This document shows positions 49,643-61,850 of a DNA stretch of 64,000 bases, piece after piece. How positions within the stretch are numbered: position 1 is the first letter of the stretch; each line of letters begins with the position of its first letter. Below the pieces are notes generated by a model, which was not told the origin of the DNA, ran no database searches, and saw only the letters and a list, made by a program, of their open reading frames with translations. The stretch comes from Anaeramoeba ignava BMAN (lineage: Eukaryota; Protista; Anaeramoebae). The translations under genes and the position numbers were made by a program. The stretch is taken from positions 62,001 to 126,000 of the forward strand of contig JAPDFW010000106.1 of assembly GCA_028826165.1 (NCBI GenBank), read 5' to 3'.

Positions 49643-51421
49643 ATGAATGAAATTATATTTTTTGGAAGAAATAAATTTCCAATTCTTATCAAAAATGAAC
49701 CAGAAAAAATAACAAAACCAATTCAATTTAAATTTGAAAATGAAAATGAAAATGAAAATGAAAAACAAATTAAACAAATTTCAAAAGGTTGTTCAATAAT
49801 TTTCCTTTTTAAAAACGGAAAAGCAATAGAATATTTAAAAGAAGATGATTTAAAACAAAATCCTGAAAAAATCCAAATTGAAAATATTCAAAAAGTAACT
49901 GTTGGTTATCAAAATGAAGCTATTTTAACAATAGAAGGAAATGTATTTGCCAAAGGAGAAGATATTAATTCAAAAAATCCAAATGAATTTATCAATATTT
50001 CATCATTAATTGAAGATACAAATGATAGAATAATTCAAGATGTTGCTTGTGGATGGCAATCAGTTTACTTATTAACTTCAAATCAAAATGCTTATGGAAT
50101 TGGTTCAAATGAAAATGGTCAACTTGGTTTTGATTCTAAAACACTTACAAAAACAGAAAAACCAATTTTAATGATGAAAAATGTTTCTAAAATATTTTCA
50201 GGAAATTTTTCAAAAAGCGTTTTTCTTTTAAATTCAAATCAAGAATTATTTGGATGTGGTGCTAATTTATTTTGTCAACTTGGATTAGGAGAATCAAGAA
50301 GACAATGGAAAATCTATAAATTAACCAAAATCCAAAATATTCCAAAAGGTAAAATAATTGATATTCAATGTGGAAATTCTCATTCAATAATGCTGATTGA
50401 AGATGAAAATGAAAATGAAAATCCAAAAAGAAAACTTTATTCATGTGGAGATAATCAATCTAATGGACTTGGAAAAGATGCATATGAACATATTTATGAA
50501 TTTACTGAAATCAAATCATCTTTATTTGAAAATGATAATATTCTTGATTTTTCTGTTGGATATGAACATACTTTGATTTTAACTTCCAATGGGAAATTGA
50601 TAGTATTTGGAAAGAATTTATTTGGTCAATTAGGAACTGGAGATATAAATGATCAATCAACTCCAATTCAAATTGAACTTCCTAAATTAAGATTTAATGA
50701 AAATATTTCTAATTATCATCTTTCTTGTGGTGTTTACAATTCATTTCTTTATTATTCTCATTCTTTTTCCAATCTTGAAGAAGATTTGATAAAATTATTT
50801 AGAAGAAAAGAATTTTGTAATATTTCATTTAAAACAGAAAATGGAGAAATAATTGAAGCTCATAAATTAATATTGAAATATAGATTAAATCAAAATCAAA
50901 ATGAAATTGAAAAACTTCAAGAAATTATTTCAAAAAAATCAATTAAAGAATCAAATCAAATATTTGAAATGATTTATTCAAATAATTCCAAAATAAATCC
51001 AAAATTATATTCTGAAATTAAAGAAATTATAAATTCAAATGAAAAAATTGAAGAAACAATGAAAAGAATTTATTTAAATGAAAATGAAAATGAAAAAGAT
51101 TTTATTATTGAAAGAAAAGAAAAACAATATAAATTTCCAAAATTAATATTAATAATGAGAAGTGAATTATATCGAGGAATGTTTTTATCTGTAACTGATG
51201 ATAAATCTAATAAAGTTACAGATTATAGTGAATTAAGTAATGAATCATTTCAAATATTTGAATATTGGATTTATTCAAATCAAATTAAAGATGGAATTAA
51301 AATTACACAAGAAATAATTGAAGAAATAGAAAGAGGAATTGATTATTTTCAATTAAATCAAACAAATCCAAATTTAATTGATTTATTAATTAACAAATTT
51401 AATAATCAAAATCAAAATTAA
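49643..51421 (+). CDS. RCC1-like + BTB-like, copy 4
   Basis: Intact 592-aa paralog. Confidence 0.9.
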   Translation: MNEIIFFGRNKFPILIKNEPEKITKPIQFKFENENENENEKQIKQISKGCSIIFLFKNGKAIEYLKEDDLKQNPEKIQIENIQKVTVGYQNEAILTIEGNVFAKGEDINSKNPNEFINISSLIEDTNDRIIQDVACGWQSVYLLTSNQNAYGIGSNENGQLGFDSKTLTKTEKPILMMKNVSKIFSGNFSKSVFLLNSNQELFGCGANLFCQLGLGESRRQWKIYKLTKIQNIPKGKIIDIQCGNSHSIMLIEDENENENPKRKLYSCGDNQSNGLGKDAYEHIYEFTEIKSSLFENDNILDFSVGYEHTLILTSNGKLIVFGKNLFGQLGTGDINDQSTPIQIELPKLRFNENISNYHLSCGVYNSFLYYSHSFSNLEEDLIKLFRRKEFCNISFKTENGEIIEAHKLILKYRLNQNQNEIEKLQEIISKKSIKESNQIFEMIYSNNSKINPKLYSEIKEIINSNEKIEETMKRIYLNENENEKDFIIERKEKQYKFPKLILIMRSELYRGMFLSVTDDKSNKVTDYSELSNESFQIFEYWIYSNQIKDGIKITQEIIEEIERGIDYFQLNQTNPNLIDLLINKFNNQNQN

Positions 51422-52080
51422 AATCAAAATTAAAATTAAATTCAAATTTAAAATTAAAATCAAAATTAAAATTAAAATTAAAATTAAAATCAAAATTAAA
51501 ATCAAAATCAAAATTAAAATTAAAAATTAAAATTTAAAATTAAAATTAAAATTAAAATTAAAATCAAAATCAAAATCAAAATCAAAATTAAAATCAAAAT
51601 AAAAATTAAAATTAAAAATTAAAATCAAAATTAAAATTAAAATCAAAATCAAAATTAAAATTAAAATTAAAATTAAAATTAAAATTAAAATTAAAATTAA
51701 AATCAAAATTAAAATTAAAAATCAAAAATCAAAATTAAAATTAAAATTAATAATTAAAATTTAAAATTAAAATTAAAATTAAAATCAAAATTAAAATCAA
51801 AATTAAAACTAAAATCAAAATTAAAATTAAAATTAAAATCAAAATTAAAATTAAAATTAAAATTAAAATCAAAATTAAAATTAAAATTAAAATTAAAATT
51901 AAAATCAAAATTAAAATTATAATCAATATTAAAATCAAAATCAAAATTAAAATTAAAATTAAAATTAAAATTAAAATTAAAATCAAAATCAAAATTAAAA
52001 TAAAAATTAAAATTAAAATCAAAATTAAAATTAAAATTAAAATCAAAATTAAAATCAAATTCAATTTCAAATTAAAATTA
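51422..52080. repeat. Hexamer microsatellite (AAAATT/AAAATC)n; shorter tracts lie between RCC1 copies and in introns
   Basis: Directly visible; also at 45623-45750, 47551-47655, 49484-49606, 34093-34320, 35815-35930, 52600-53270. Confidence 0.95.
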
Positions 52081-52157
52081 AAAAGAAAAAAGTTTTTTTA
52101 ATTTTTCATTTTTCATTTTTCATTTTTCATTTTTCATTTTTTTTTTATTTTCCAAAA

Positions 52158-55100
52158 ATGTCTAAATCTGGTCCTCTTCATAAAATTACATCCCATATAA
52201 CAAGAAAAAGGTTTTTTGAATTAAAAGAAGGATTTTTATCTTATCGTTCTTTATCGAAAGTAAGATCATAAAGAAAGATTTTTAAAAACAAAAAAAAAAA
52301 AACGAAAAAAAAATTTTTTCAATAAATAATAAAAAAAAATAATTGAAAAAATTTTTAATAGAGAAAAAATAATGATATAATGGGAGCAATATATTTATAT
52401 AATTTTACAATCACTAGAGCTGATAAACAAACATCAAAGAAATATTCTATTGAATTAAAACCTTTTCCTAGAAAAATTTTACAATTACCTTATTTAATAT
52501 TTGGAAATTCTGAATTAGAAATTCAATCTTGGCTTTTAGCTTTACAAGAATCAAAATCAGAAATAAATTCTAAAATTGCTTTGATTAAAGAAGTAAAATT
52601 AAAATTAAAATTCATTTATAAATTTAAAATTAAAATTAAAATTAAAATTAAAATTAAAATTAAAATCCAAATTAAAATTAAAAATTAAAATTAAAATTAA
52701 AATTAAAATCCAAATTAAAATTAAAATCCAAATTAAAATTCAAAATTAAAATTAAAATTAAAATTAAAATTAAAAATTAAAATTAAAATTAAAATTAAAA
52801 TTCAAATTAAAATTAAAATTAAAATCAAAATTAAAATTAAAATTAAAATTAAAATTAAAATTAAAATTAAAATTAAAATTAAAATTTTAAAATTAAAATT
52901 AAAATTAAAATTAAAAATTAAAATTAAAATTAAAATTAAAATTAAAATTAAAATTAAAATTCAAAAATTAAAATTAAAATTTAAATTAAAATTAAAATTA
53001 AAATCAAAATTAAAATTTAAAATTAAAAATTAAAATTAAAAAAAAATTAATATCAAAAATCCAAATTCATTTTATAAATTTAAAAATAAATTTAAAATTA
53101 AAATTAAAATTAAAATTAAAATTAAAATTAAAATTAAAATTAAAATTAAAATTAAAATTAAAATTAAAATTAAAATTAAAATTAAAATTAAAATTAAAAT
53201 TAAAATTAAAATTAAAATTAAAATTAAAATTAAAAATTAAAATTAAAATAAAATTAAAAATCAAAATTAAAATATTTTATTATTTTTACCTGTTCGTTCT
53301 GGTTGGCTTGTTATTACTTTTAAAATTCATCATAAAACAAAAACAGAAAAATATTATGCACAGTTAACTCAAAATACACTTTATCTTTATGAAACCGATT
53401 CTTGCAAAGTTTTATTAAGTAAATTTTATTCAAAAATAATTTTAAAAATAATTTCAAAAATAATTTTAAAAATAAATTTAAAAATAAATTTAAAAATAAA
53501 TTTAAAAATTAGGTTCAATTAATTTAACAAAAGATGTTGTTATTCGTCCTGGTTATCATAAAGATAAAATAATAAAACAAGTTTCACATTCTTTTATGAT
53601 TGAAATGGAACAGTATTTAAAACAAAATCAAACAAAATCGATTAAAAATTATTTATTATATTTCCTAAAATTATTTTTTAGTGATAAAAAATATATTAAT
53701 TATATTTTTAGAGCTGAATCTATTAAATCATGCCGTTCTTGGATCGAATCTTTAATTAATTCACAAGCCTTTGCTGAAATTCAAGAAAATAAAAAAAATC
53801 AAATTGAAAAATTAAATGAAATTCAAAAAGAAAAATCAAATGAAAATTTAAATGAAAATGAAAATCAAATTCAAAAAGAAAATTTAAATCAAAATGAAAA
53901 TCAAAATTTAAGTGAAAATTCAAATGAAAAATCAAATGAAAAATCAAATGAAAAATCATCAAATTCTATAAAAGAAAATAATCACGAAATCCAAAATCAA
54001 AATATTCATGAAAACGAAAGTGAATCAATTCCAGAATCATTTAGTCAAAAATTTTCAATTAGCGATTCTGGAAGTGATATTGAAGAATCATTTGATGATC
54101 CAAGTCTCTTAGCAACATCAGAAACAGATTCATCAAATGAAAATAAATCAGAAAGTAAAAGAAGAAGTTCAGATTCTTCACAAATTGAAGATCCATCAAA
54201 TGAACCTCTTCGAAATCAAGAAACAAAACTTAAAAATTTTTATATTCTTTCCCAACAAAGTCAAGAACCAAAAATAATTGCTAATGAAAATCAAAATAAA
54301 ACTAAAAGAAGATTTTTTGGTTCAAAAAAACCAAAAAAACAAAAACAACCAAAAACAAAAGGAAAAGCAAAAAATTTCAATTCACTTAAAATATCAAGAA
54401 AAATAAACAAGAAAAAAGAAAGAAGAAGAAAACAAAATAACAAAGATATTATTCCTTCTTTTTTTGATCATCATTATCAAATTGCAAAAGAAATTAAATC
54501 AGTTCAACAAATGATTAATTCTCTAATTAACACTCAAAATAATTTAAATCAAAATGAAAATGAAAATCAAATTGAAAATGAAAATGAAAATCAAAATGAA
54601 AATCAAAATGAAAATCAAAATGAAAATCAAAATGAAAATCAAAATGAAAATCAAATTGAAAATCAAATTGAAAATAAAAATGAAAATAAAATTGAAAATA
54701 AAATTGAAAATAAAATTGAAAATAAAATTGAAAAAAATGAAGAATTTGAACTTTTTCTCAAATATTATGAATCATGTCACTTGATTTTCGACCAAAATAA
54801 TAAATCAATAAATCAAAGTCTTTCTTGTCTTGATGGATTTGAAGAAGATAATATATCACAACAAAAAATAGAATCAGAAAATTTAAATTTTGAAGAGGAA
54901 CAATTTATTAATTCACAAATTGAAAAAAGTTTAAATGAATTTCTCAGTAGAATTGATAATTTACAGAAAAAATATTTAATGCATCCAGAAACAACACCCA
55001 AAAAACTTGTGAATAATAGAGTTAAATTTCAAGTTGATTCACAAGATCAAGATGCATTTATGATTGCTCGAATTTTGTCTTCAATAATGAATTTCCGTTT

Positions 55101-55553
55101 GAAAAAAAACGATGGAATTTCTTTCAAATTTCTTGATTGTGTTCATAAATGGAATAATCTTTTATTAGATGTTGGATATTATTTTACTCAACAAATTAAA
55201 ATTCCTGGAAATATTTCTTCTGATTCCATAAATTTTGTGAAAACTTTCATTTTCTTTATTTATGGGTTGAATAATTCTTTACTTTATGATTGGATTATTA
55301 TTTTAACTTTACCAAAATTTACAAAACAATTTTTTCAACAAAATTCTTTAGTTGTTCAAAAAAAATTTGCAATTAATATTCGAAATATACTTTCAATTCT
55401 TCATGATGTAAATTTTAATTTAAATTTTTAATTTTTAAATTTTTAATTTTTAATTTAATTTTTAAATTATAATTTTTTTAGTTTCATTTTTCACTTGAAC
55501 TAAATTTTGAACAACTTGTTATACCTTATTTATTTGAAGAGAAAGAAAATTAA
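52158..55553 (+). CDS. Tandem PH-PH + low-complexity linker + C-terminal RUN-like domain protein
   Basis: Exon 1 MSKSGPLHK..RKRFFELKEGFLSY. Introns 52260-52361, 52593-~53288 (no AG), 53419-53512, 53613-53681, 55408-55481. PH helices EIQSWLLAL and CRSWIESL; RUN-like FIYGLNNSLLYDWI..FFQQNSLV..ILSILHDFHFSL. Confidence 0.72.
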
Positions 55554-55840
55554 TTTTAAAAAGAAAATTTTAATTAATTAATTTAATTAATTTAATTTAA
55601 TTCCAAAATGAAATTTATTTTTTTTTATTTTTAATTTTTTTATTATTTTTTTTATTTTAAAATAGATAATTTTTCCTTTAAAAAGTTAAAAAAAAAAATT
55701 TTTTTTTTTGTTCCACTTTTTTTGATTTTTGAAAATTATTAAGAAAAAAAAGAAAAAAAAAGAAAAAAGAAGAAAAAAGGAATTAAATTCCAATCAAAAT
55801 TACAAAAAATGAAAAAAAAAATCTTTTTCTTTTTCTTTTT

Positions 55841-58800
55841 TTAATACCAATTGCCTTGAATAATTAATGATAAATTATTTGGAAGTAACCATTCTCCAAA
55901 ATGTTCATTAATTTTTTGAACATTTTCATCACGTTTTTTTTCAAATATTGTATTATTATTTTCTGAAGTAATTGTTACATTTTCAGAAATTGCACCAGAA
56001 AGATCATAATTAAGTCGAAATATTCCAGTTTTAGAAACAAATTCCATTTTAGTACTTTGTTCATGATTTGGTTTATCATGATTCCAATGAAGAGTAACTT
56101 TTCCTCCATTTTCAAAAAATAAAGTACCTTCTCCATGTTTCTAAAAATAAAAATTTAAAAATTAATTTTGAATTTTGATTTTAATTTTGGTTTTAAATTG
56201 ATTTTACTTTTCCCATATCCATTTCACCTTCAAATCGATATCGTTTCGATATATAATATTTAACATGATGATGAGGTTTTCCTTTTAAAAAATTCCCGAC
56301 AATTTTTTCCAAAATTTCAGGTTCTTGTTCATTTTGGATCATCGGATTATTTAATTCATTTGAATCAACTGAATCATTAGAATCAGTTAAAATTGGTAAT
56401 TCTTTTCGATCTTTTTGAATAATTGACAAACGCTTTTCAATATTTTTTTGATAATAACATAATTCACCTTTTCCATTTGGAAGGTTATTTCTCCAATGAC
56501 CAGTATATTTATAATTTCCATTTACAAACACACCATATCCGTGTCTTAAATTATTTTTCCATTCTCCATCATACCATTTTGTTTTATTCCACATCATTAA
56601 TCCTTTTCCGTTTTTACAGTCATATTGCCAATCACCTTCATAAAAAGCTATTCCTGATTGAAATTTACCTTTTCCATGTCTCTGGAAAAATTTGAATCAA
56701 AAAAAAAAAAGCAAATTGTAATTATTATTTTTGAATTTAAATGGAAAAAATTTTTTTTAAAAAAAGAAAAATTCCCAAAACATGAAATAATATTTACCAA
56801 ATCATCTAGCCATTCTCCTTCATAAATATCACCATTTTGATACACTTGCTTCCCTTTGCCTTTTCTTAAATCATTTTCCCAATCACCTTCGTAAATAAAA
56901 GTATCATTTTGAATAAATTTGCCAAAACCGTTTCTGGAATGATCCTGGAAAGTGCCATTAAATTGAGAGCCATCAGAATAAGAAACATTTCCTTTTCCAT
57001 GGAACATATTATTTTTAAATTCGCCCTGATAAAAGGCGCCAGAAACATCAGAAAATTTTCCATCACCATCTTTTTTTCCATCAACAAGAAAGCCGATAAA
57101 ATGATTTTGGTCAACATCAACCATTTCTGATTCACCGTTTGGCACTCCATTTTTCCAGACAGTTTTCAAGGTATCACCAGTTGGAAATTCAACAACGGCA
57201 TTTCCTTCTTTTTTTCCGTTAACAAACATTCCCTCGAAAATCGTGCCATTTGGGTATTTGATTTGCGATTGACCAACAGGAATGGCATTTTGGAAGGCTC
57301 CAGTGTGTCTTGTTAAGTTCCGATATGGGAACGTAAAAATTCTCTCAATGTTTTTTTGTATATCCTCTTCTTTGTACGAAAACTCAAGACTCAAATGATT
57401 GTAAAAATCAGTGATGAATTCTTGCTTATTGGGGATCTCAATCTCAATATATCTGTCTGGAGTTTTGATTGACAAACCAGAAAGTTTTGTGATGATCATG
57501 CTGCTGCTTTGGAAAGACATTGTTTTGCGTTCGGCTTGTTTAATCTCGTCGAAATCAGAGATCCAAACAAAATCGAGAGAGGACATGTAATCCATCTCAA
57601 ACTTGCCAGTCACTCGTGAACAGAAGCACCAAGCAAGAGTTTTCCTGAAAAGAAACACTTGAATGATTTTTTGATTCATTTCTGGGTTATATGGATACTC
57701 GATTACTTTCCCAATGTCCATTCTCGAAATGTCAAGTTGGGAGAAAATTTCGGAAGTTTTTGGATCAAGTGTCATTAAAAGTACTTTTTTTTGTTGGATG
57801 TTTTGCGTCAAACTTGAAATTGTTGTGCTTAGTTTCACAAGATGCTTTTTATCAGGATGATCTAAGCTTGTGATTTCTTGGAGTTTTTTGATGAATCTTC
57901 GAAGCTCGTCCATTTTCTTCAGCGGTATTTTAAGCATTTTTTCGATTTCTGCCGATGTATTGAATTCAAGTGCTTTAACGAATTTTTGGAATTGCTTGTT
58001 TTTCATCATTTCTTTATATGTTTCGGTTATGATTTTAAAATGCGAGAAATATCGTTGATAAAGCTGTGACATCTCTGATATTTTCTCGAGGAAAAAATCA
58101 CCGATACAAGACTCGTAGTTCCATTTCTCTTTTCGAGTAGTCAAGTCAATAAACATTGTTTGTGTGAAACTGTATATTTCAAGAATATCTTCGAATATCT
58201 TTTCAAAAATTTGGTGCTCGATTATTTTGCCAAGTTCGTTTTGGATCGGTTTGATTGCAGTTTCGTAGAATTTATTTAGTGATTCGAGATATTTTTGTTC
58301 GTGTAAATAAATGATTTCGAATAATTCGTCTCTTTTTGTTTTTGGACCGATTGGTTTCTGGTTGTTTTTGATTCTTTCTCTGTCTTTAAGTAATTCTGTG
58401 TATTGATTGGAGTGTAAAAATCTTGGGAATGAATCTGTTTTCATTAAAGTAAATATCATATCGGAAGCATCGTTGAAAAGATCTGGAACGAATTTTTCTT
58501 CTTCAACTTTTTTCAAGATTTGTTTTTTTGTTAAGTCTGGAATGTTAATTTCTTGTAATGAACTGAAATCAATGAACTAAATATTTTTTTTTTTTCCAAA
58601 AATTTATTTTTACATGAAATTTTGATTTTGATTTTTAAAAAATAAAAACCTTTTCTATTATTTCTTTTGCTTTAGCGATGCGTTCTACAGGATCTAAAAT
58701 TGTATTATATTGTTTAACTGCTTCCCAAAAAAGGATATTTTCTTCAGAAAGTTGTTGTTGAAGAAATTGTTTAAAATAAGCCAAAGATAGTTTTTCATCT

Positions 58801-59433
58801 AAAATTGAAATGAAAGTTTCAGGGATTGGATTTTCATTTTCATTTTTATTTTCAAATTTATTTGGATTTTCATTTTGATTTTGATTTTTATTTTGATTTT
58901 GATTTTCATTTTGATTTTCATTTTGATTTTTGATTTTGATTTTGATTTTCAATTTGTTTTTCAATTTCATTTTGATTTTTATTTTCATTTTCAATTTCAT
59001 TTTGATTTTCAATTTTATTTTGATTTTGATTTTCAATTTGATTTTCATTTTGATTTTCATTTTGTTTTTCAATTTGTTTTTCATTTTGATTTTCATTGGT
59101 TAATTCTTGTTGATTTTTTGAAGTTCTTTTTATTGGACTTGGAAACTGAACTTTTTTCTGAAAATTATAATTTTTTCTTATTGAAGGAATTGCTTTTTTC
59201 TCATTTGATTTTTCTTGTAAAATTTTTGGAAGTTCTCTTGGTTTTTTATTAATTTTTTCAGCTAAATTTTCTAAATTAAGCATTTTTAAAATATCTGGAG
59301 CTTCCATATGTTCAGTTTCTTTTTCATTTTCTTTTTCAGTTGTTGTTTGCGTGTTAAAAAATATTTTGTTTTTGCCATCATTTTCTCTTGAATTTCTTAA
59401 TTGGTTTTTTTGAATATTAGATTTTTCTTGCAT
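55841..59433 (-). CDS. RGS - RhoGEF(DH) - PH-like - MORN repeat protein (one homopolymer frameshift at ~58929)
   Basis: RGS (YFKQFLQQQLSEENILFWEAV..QEINI..MKTDSFPRFL), DH (LHEQKYLESL..IGDFFL..LKIPL..DHPD), many MORN repeats (YEGDWENDLRKGKG). Introns 58577-58649, 56682-56797, 56141-56207. Confidence 0.88.
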
Positions 59434-59629
59434 TTTTTCTTTTAATTCCTTTTAATTTGTATAAAAATGAAAAAAAATGATCATTTCTTTTTTTAAAAAA
59501 AAATTTTTTATTTTAATTATTTTATTTTTTGCTTTTTAAGTAAAAAATTAATTTGAATAATTTTTTCCTTTTTTTTGTTTTTTTTTTCTTCTTTTCTTTT
59601 TAGATTTGATTTTTCGATTTTGTTTTAAT

Positions 59630-61850
59630 AATTTATTTAAATATTAATTTAAATATTTATTTAAATATTAATTTGGATATTTATTTGGATATTAATTTAA
59701 ATATTAATTTAAATATTTATTTAAATATTAATTTAAATATTAATTTAAATATTAATTTAAATATTAATTTAAATATTTATTTAAATATTAATTTGGATAT
59801 TTATTTGGATATTTATTTAGATATTAATTTAAATATTAATTTAAATATTAATTTAAATATTTATTTAAATATTTATTTGGATATTAATTTAAATATTTAT
59901 TTGGATATTAATTTAAATATTAATTTAAATATTAATTTAAATATTTATTTGGACATTAATTTAAATATTTAATTTAAATATTTATTTAAATATTAATTTA
60001 AATATTTATTTGGATATTAATTTAAATATTAATTTGGATATTTATTTAAATATTAATTTAAATATTATTTGGATATTTGGATATTTATTTAAATATTTAT
60101 TTAAATATTTATTTAAATATTAATTTTAAATATTAATTTAAATATTAATTTAAATATTTATTTGGATATTTATTTAAATATTAATTTAAATATTTATTTA
60201 AATATTAATTTAAATATTAATTTAAATATTAATTTAAATAATATTAATTTTAAAAATAATTTAAATATTAATTTAAATATATTAATTTAAATATTAATTT
60301 AAATATTAATTTAAATATTAATTTAAATATTAATTTTAAATATTAATTTAAATATTAATTTAAATATTAATTTAAATATTAATTTAAATATTAATTTAAA
60401 TATTAATTTAGATATTAATTTAAATATTAATTTAAATATTAATTTAAATATTAATTTAAATATTAATTTAAATTTTAAATATTTATTTAAATATTAATTT
60501 AAATATTTAATTTGGATATTTATTTGGATATTTATTTTAAATATTAATTTAAATATTAATTTAAATATTAATTTAAATATTAATTTAAATATTAATTTAA
60601 ATATTAATTTAAATATTAATTTAAATATTAATTTAAATATTAATTTAAATATTAATTTAAATATTAATTTAAAATTTATAAATATTAATTTAAATATTAA
60701 TTTAAATATTAATTTAAATATTTAATTTAAATATTAATTTAAATATTTATTTAAATATTAATTTAAATATTTATTTAAAATTATTAATTTAAATATTAAT
60801 TTAAATATTTAATTTAAATATTAATTTAAAATATTAATTTAAATATTATTTAAATATTTTGGATATTAATTTAAATATTAATTTTAAATATTAATTTAAA
60901 TATTAATTTAAATATTTATTTAAATATTAATTTAAATATTAATTTAAATATTAATTTAAATATTAATTTAAATATTAATTTAAATATTAATTTAAATATT
61001 AATTTAAATATTTATTTAAATATTAATTTAAATATTAATTTTAAATATTAATTTAAATATTAATTTAAATATTAATTTAAATATTAATTTAAATATTAAT
61101 TTAAATATTCAAAAATATTAATTTAAATAATTTAAAATTTTAAATATTAATTTAAATATTAAATATTAATTTAAATATTTATTTAAATATTAATTTTAAA
61201 AATAATATTTAAATATTTAATTTAAATATTAATTTAATTTAAATATTAATTTAAATATTAATTTAAATATTTAATTTAAATATTAATTTAAATATTTAAT
61301 TTAAATATTAATTTAAAAATATTAATTTGGATATTAATTTAAATATTAATTTAAATATTTTATTTAAATATTAATTTAAATATTAATTTAAATATTAATT
61401 TTAAATATTTATTTTAAATATTAATTTAAATATTAATTTAAATATTAATTTGGATAAATATTTAAAATTTAAAGATATTTATTTAAATATTAAATTTAAA
61501 TATTAATTTAAATATTAATTTTAAATATTAATTTAAATATTAATTTAAATATTAATAATTTTAAATATTAATTTAAATATTTATTTAAATATTAAATATG
61601 AAAATATTAATTTAAATATTAATTTAAATATTTAATTTTAAATATTTATTTAAATATTAATTTAAATATTAATTTAAATATTAATTTAAATATTAATTTG
61701 GATATTTATTTAAATATTTATTTGGATATTAATTTGGATATTTATTTAAATATTAATTTAAATATTAATTTAAATATTTATTTGGATATTAATTTAAATA
61801 TTAATTTAAATATTAATTTAAATATTTATTTGAATATTTATTTAAATATT
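59630..61850. repeat. Intergenic 12-bp minisatellite AAATATTAATTT (variant GGATATTTATTT)
   Basis: About 2.2 kb, directly visible, between divergent genes. Confidence 0.95.

Noticed and set aside
43871-51421. Diversity-generating retroelement behind RCC1 variation
   Set aside because: No reverse transcriptase or template repeat in the window, and substitutions are not adenine-specific.
53280-53292. U12-type AT-AC intron ending at TTTTAC
   Set aside because: No ATATCCTT/GTATCCTT donor or U12 branch site is visible, and AC with the GT donor gives the wrong frame.
37170-58935. Programmed ribosomal frameshifting at 37172 and 58929
   Set aside because: Both are single extra bases in homopolymers, and the paralog at 42346 is intact; sequencing error is simpler.
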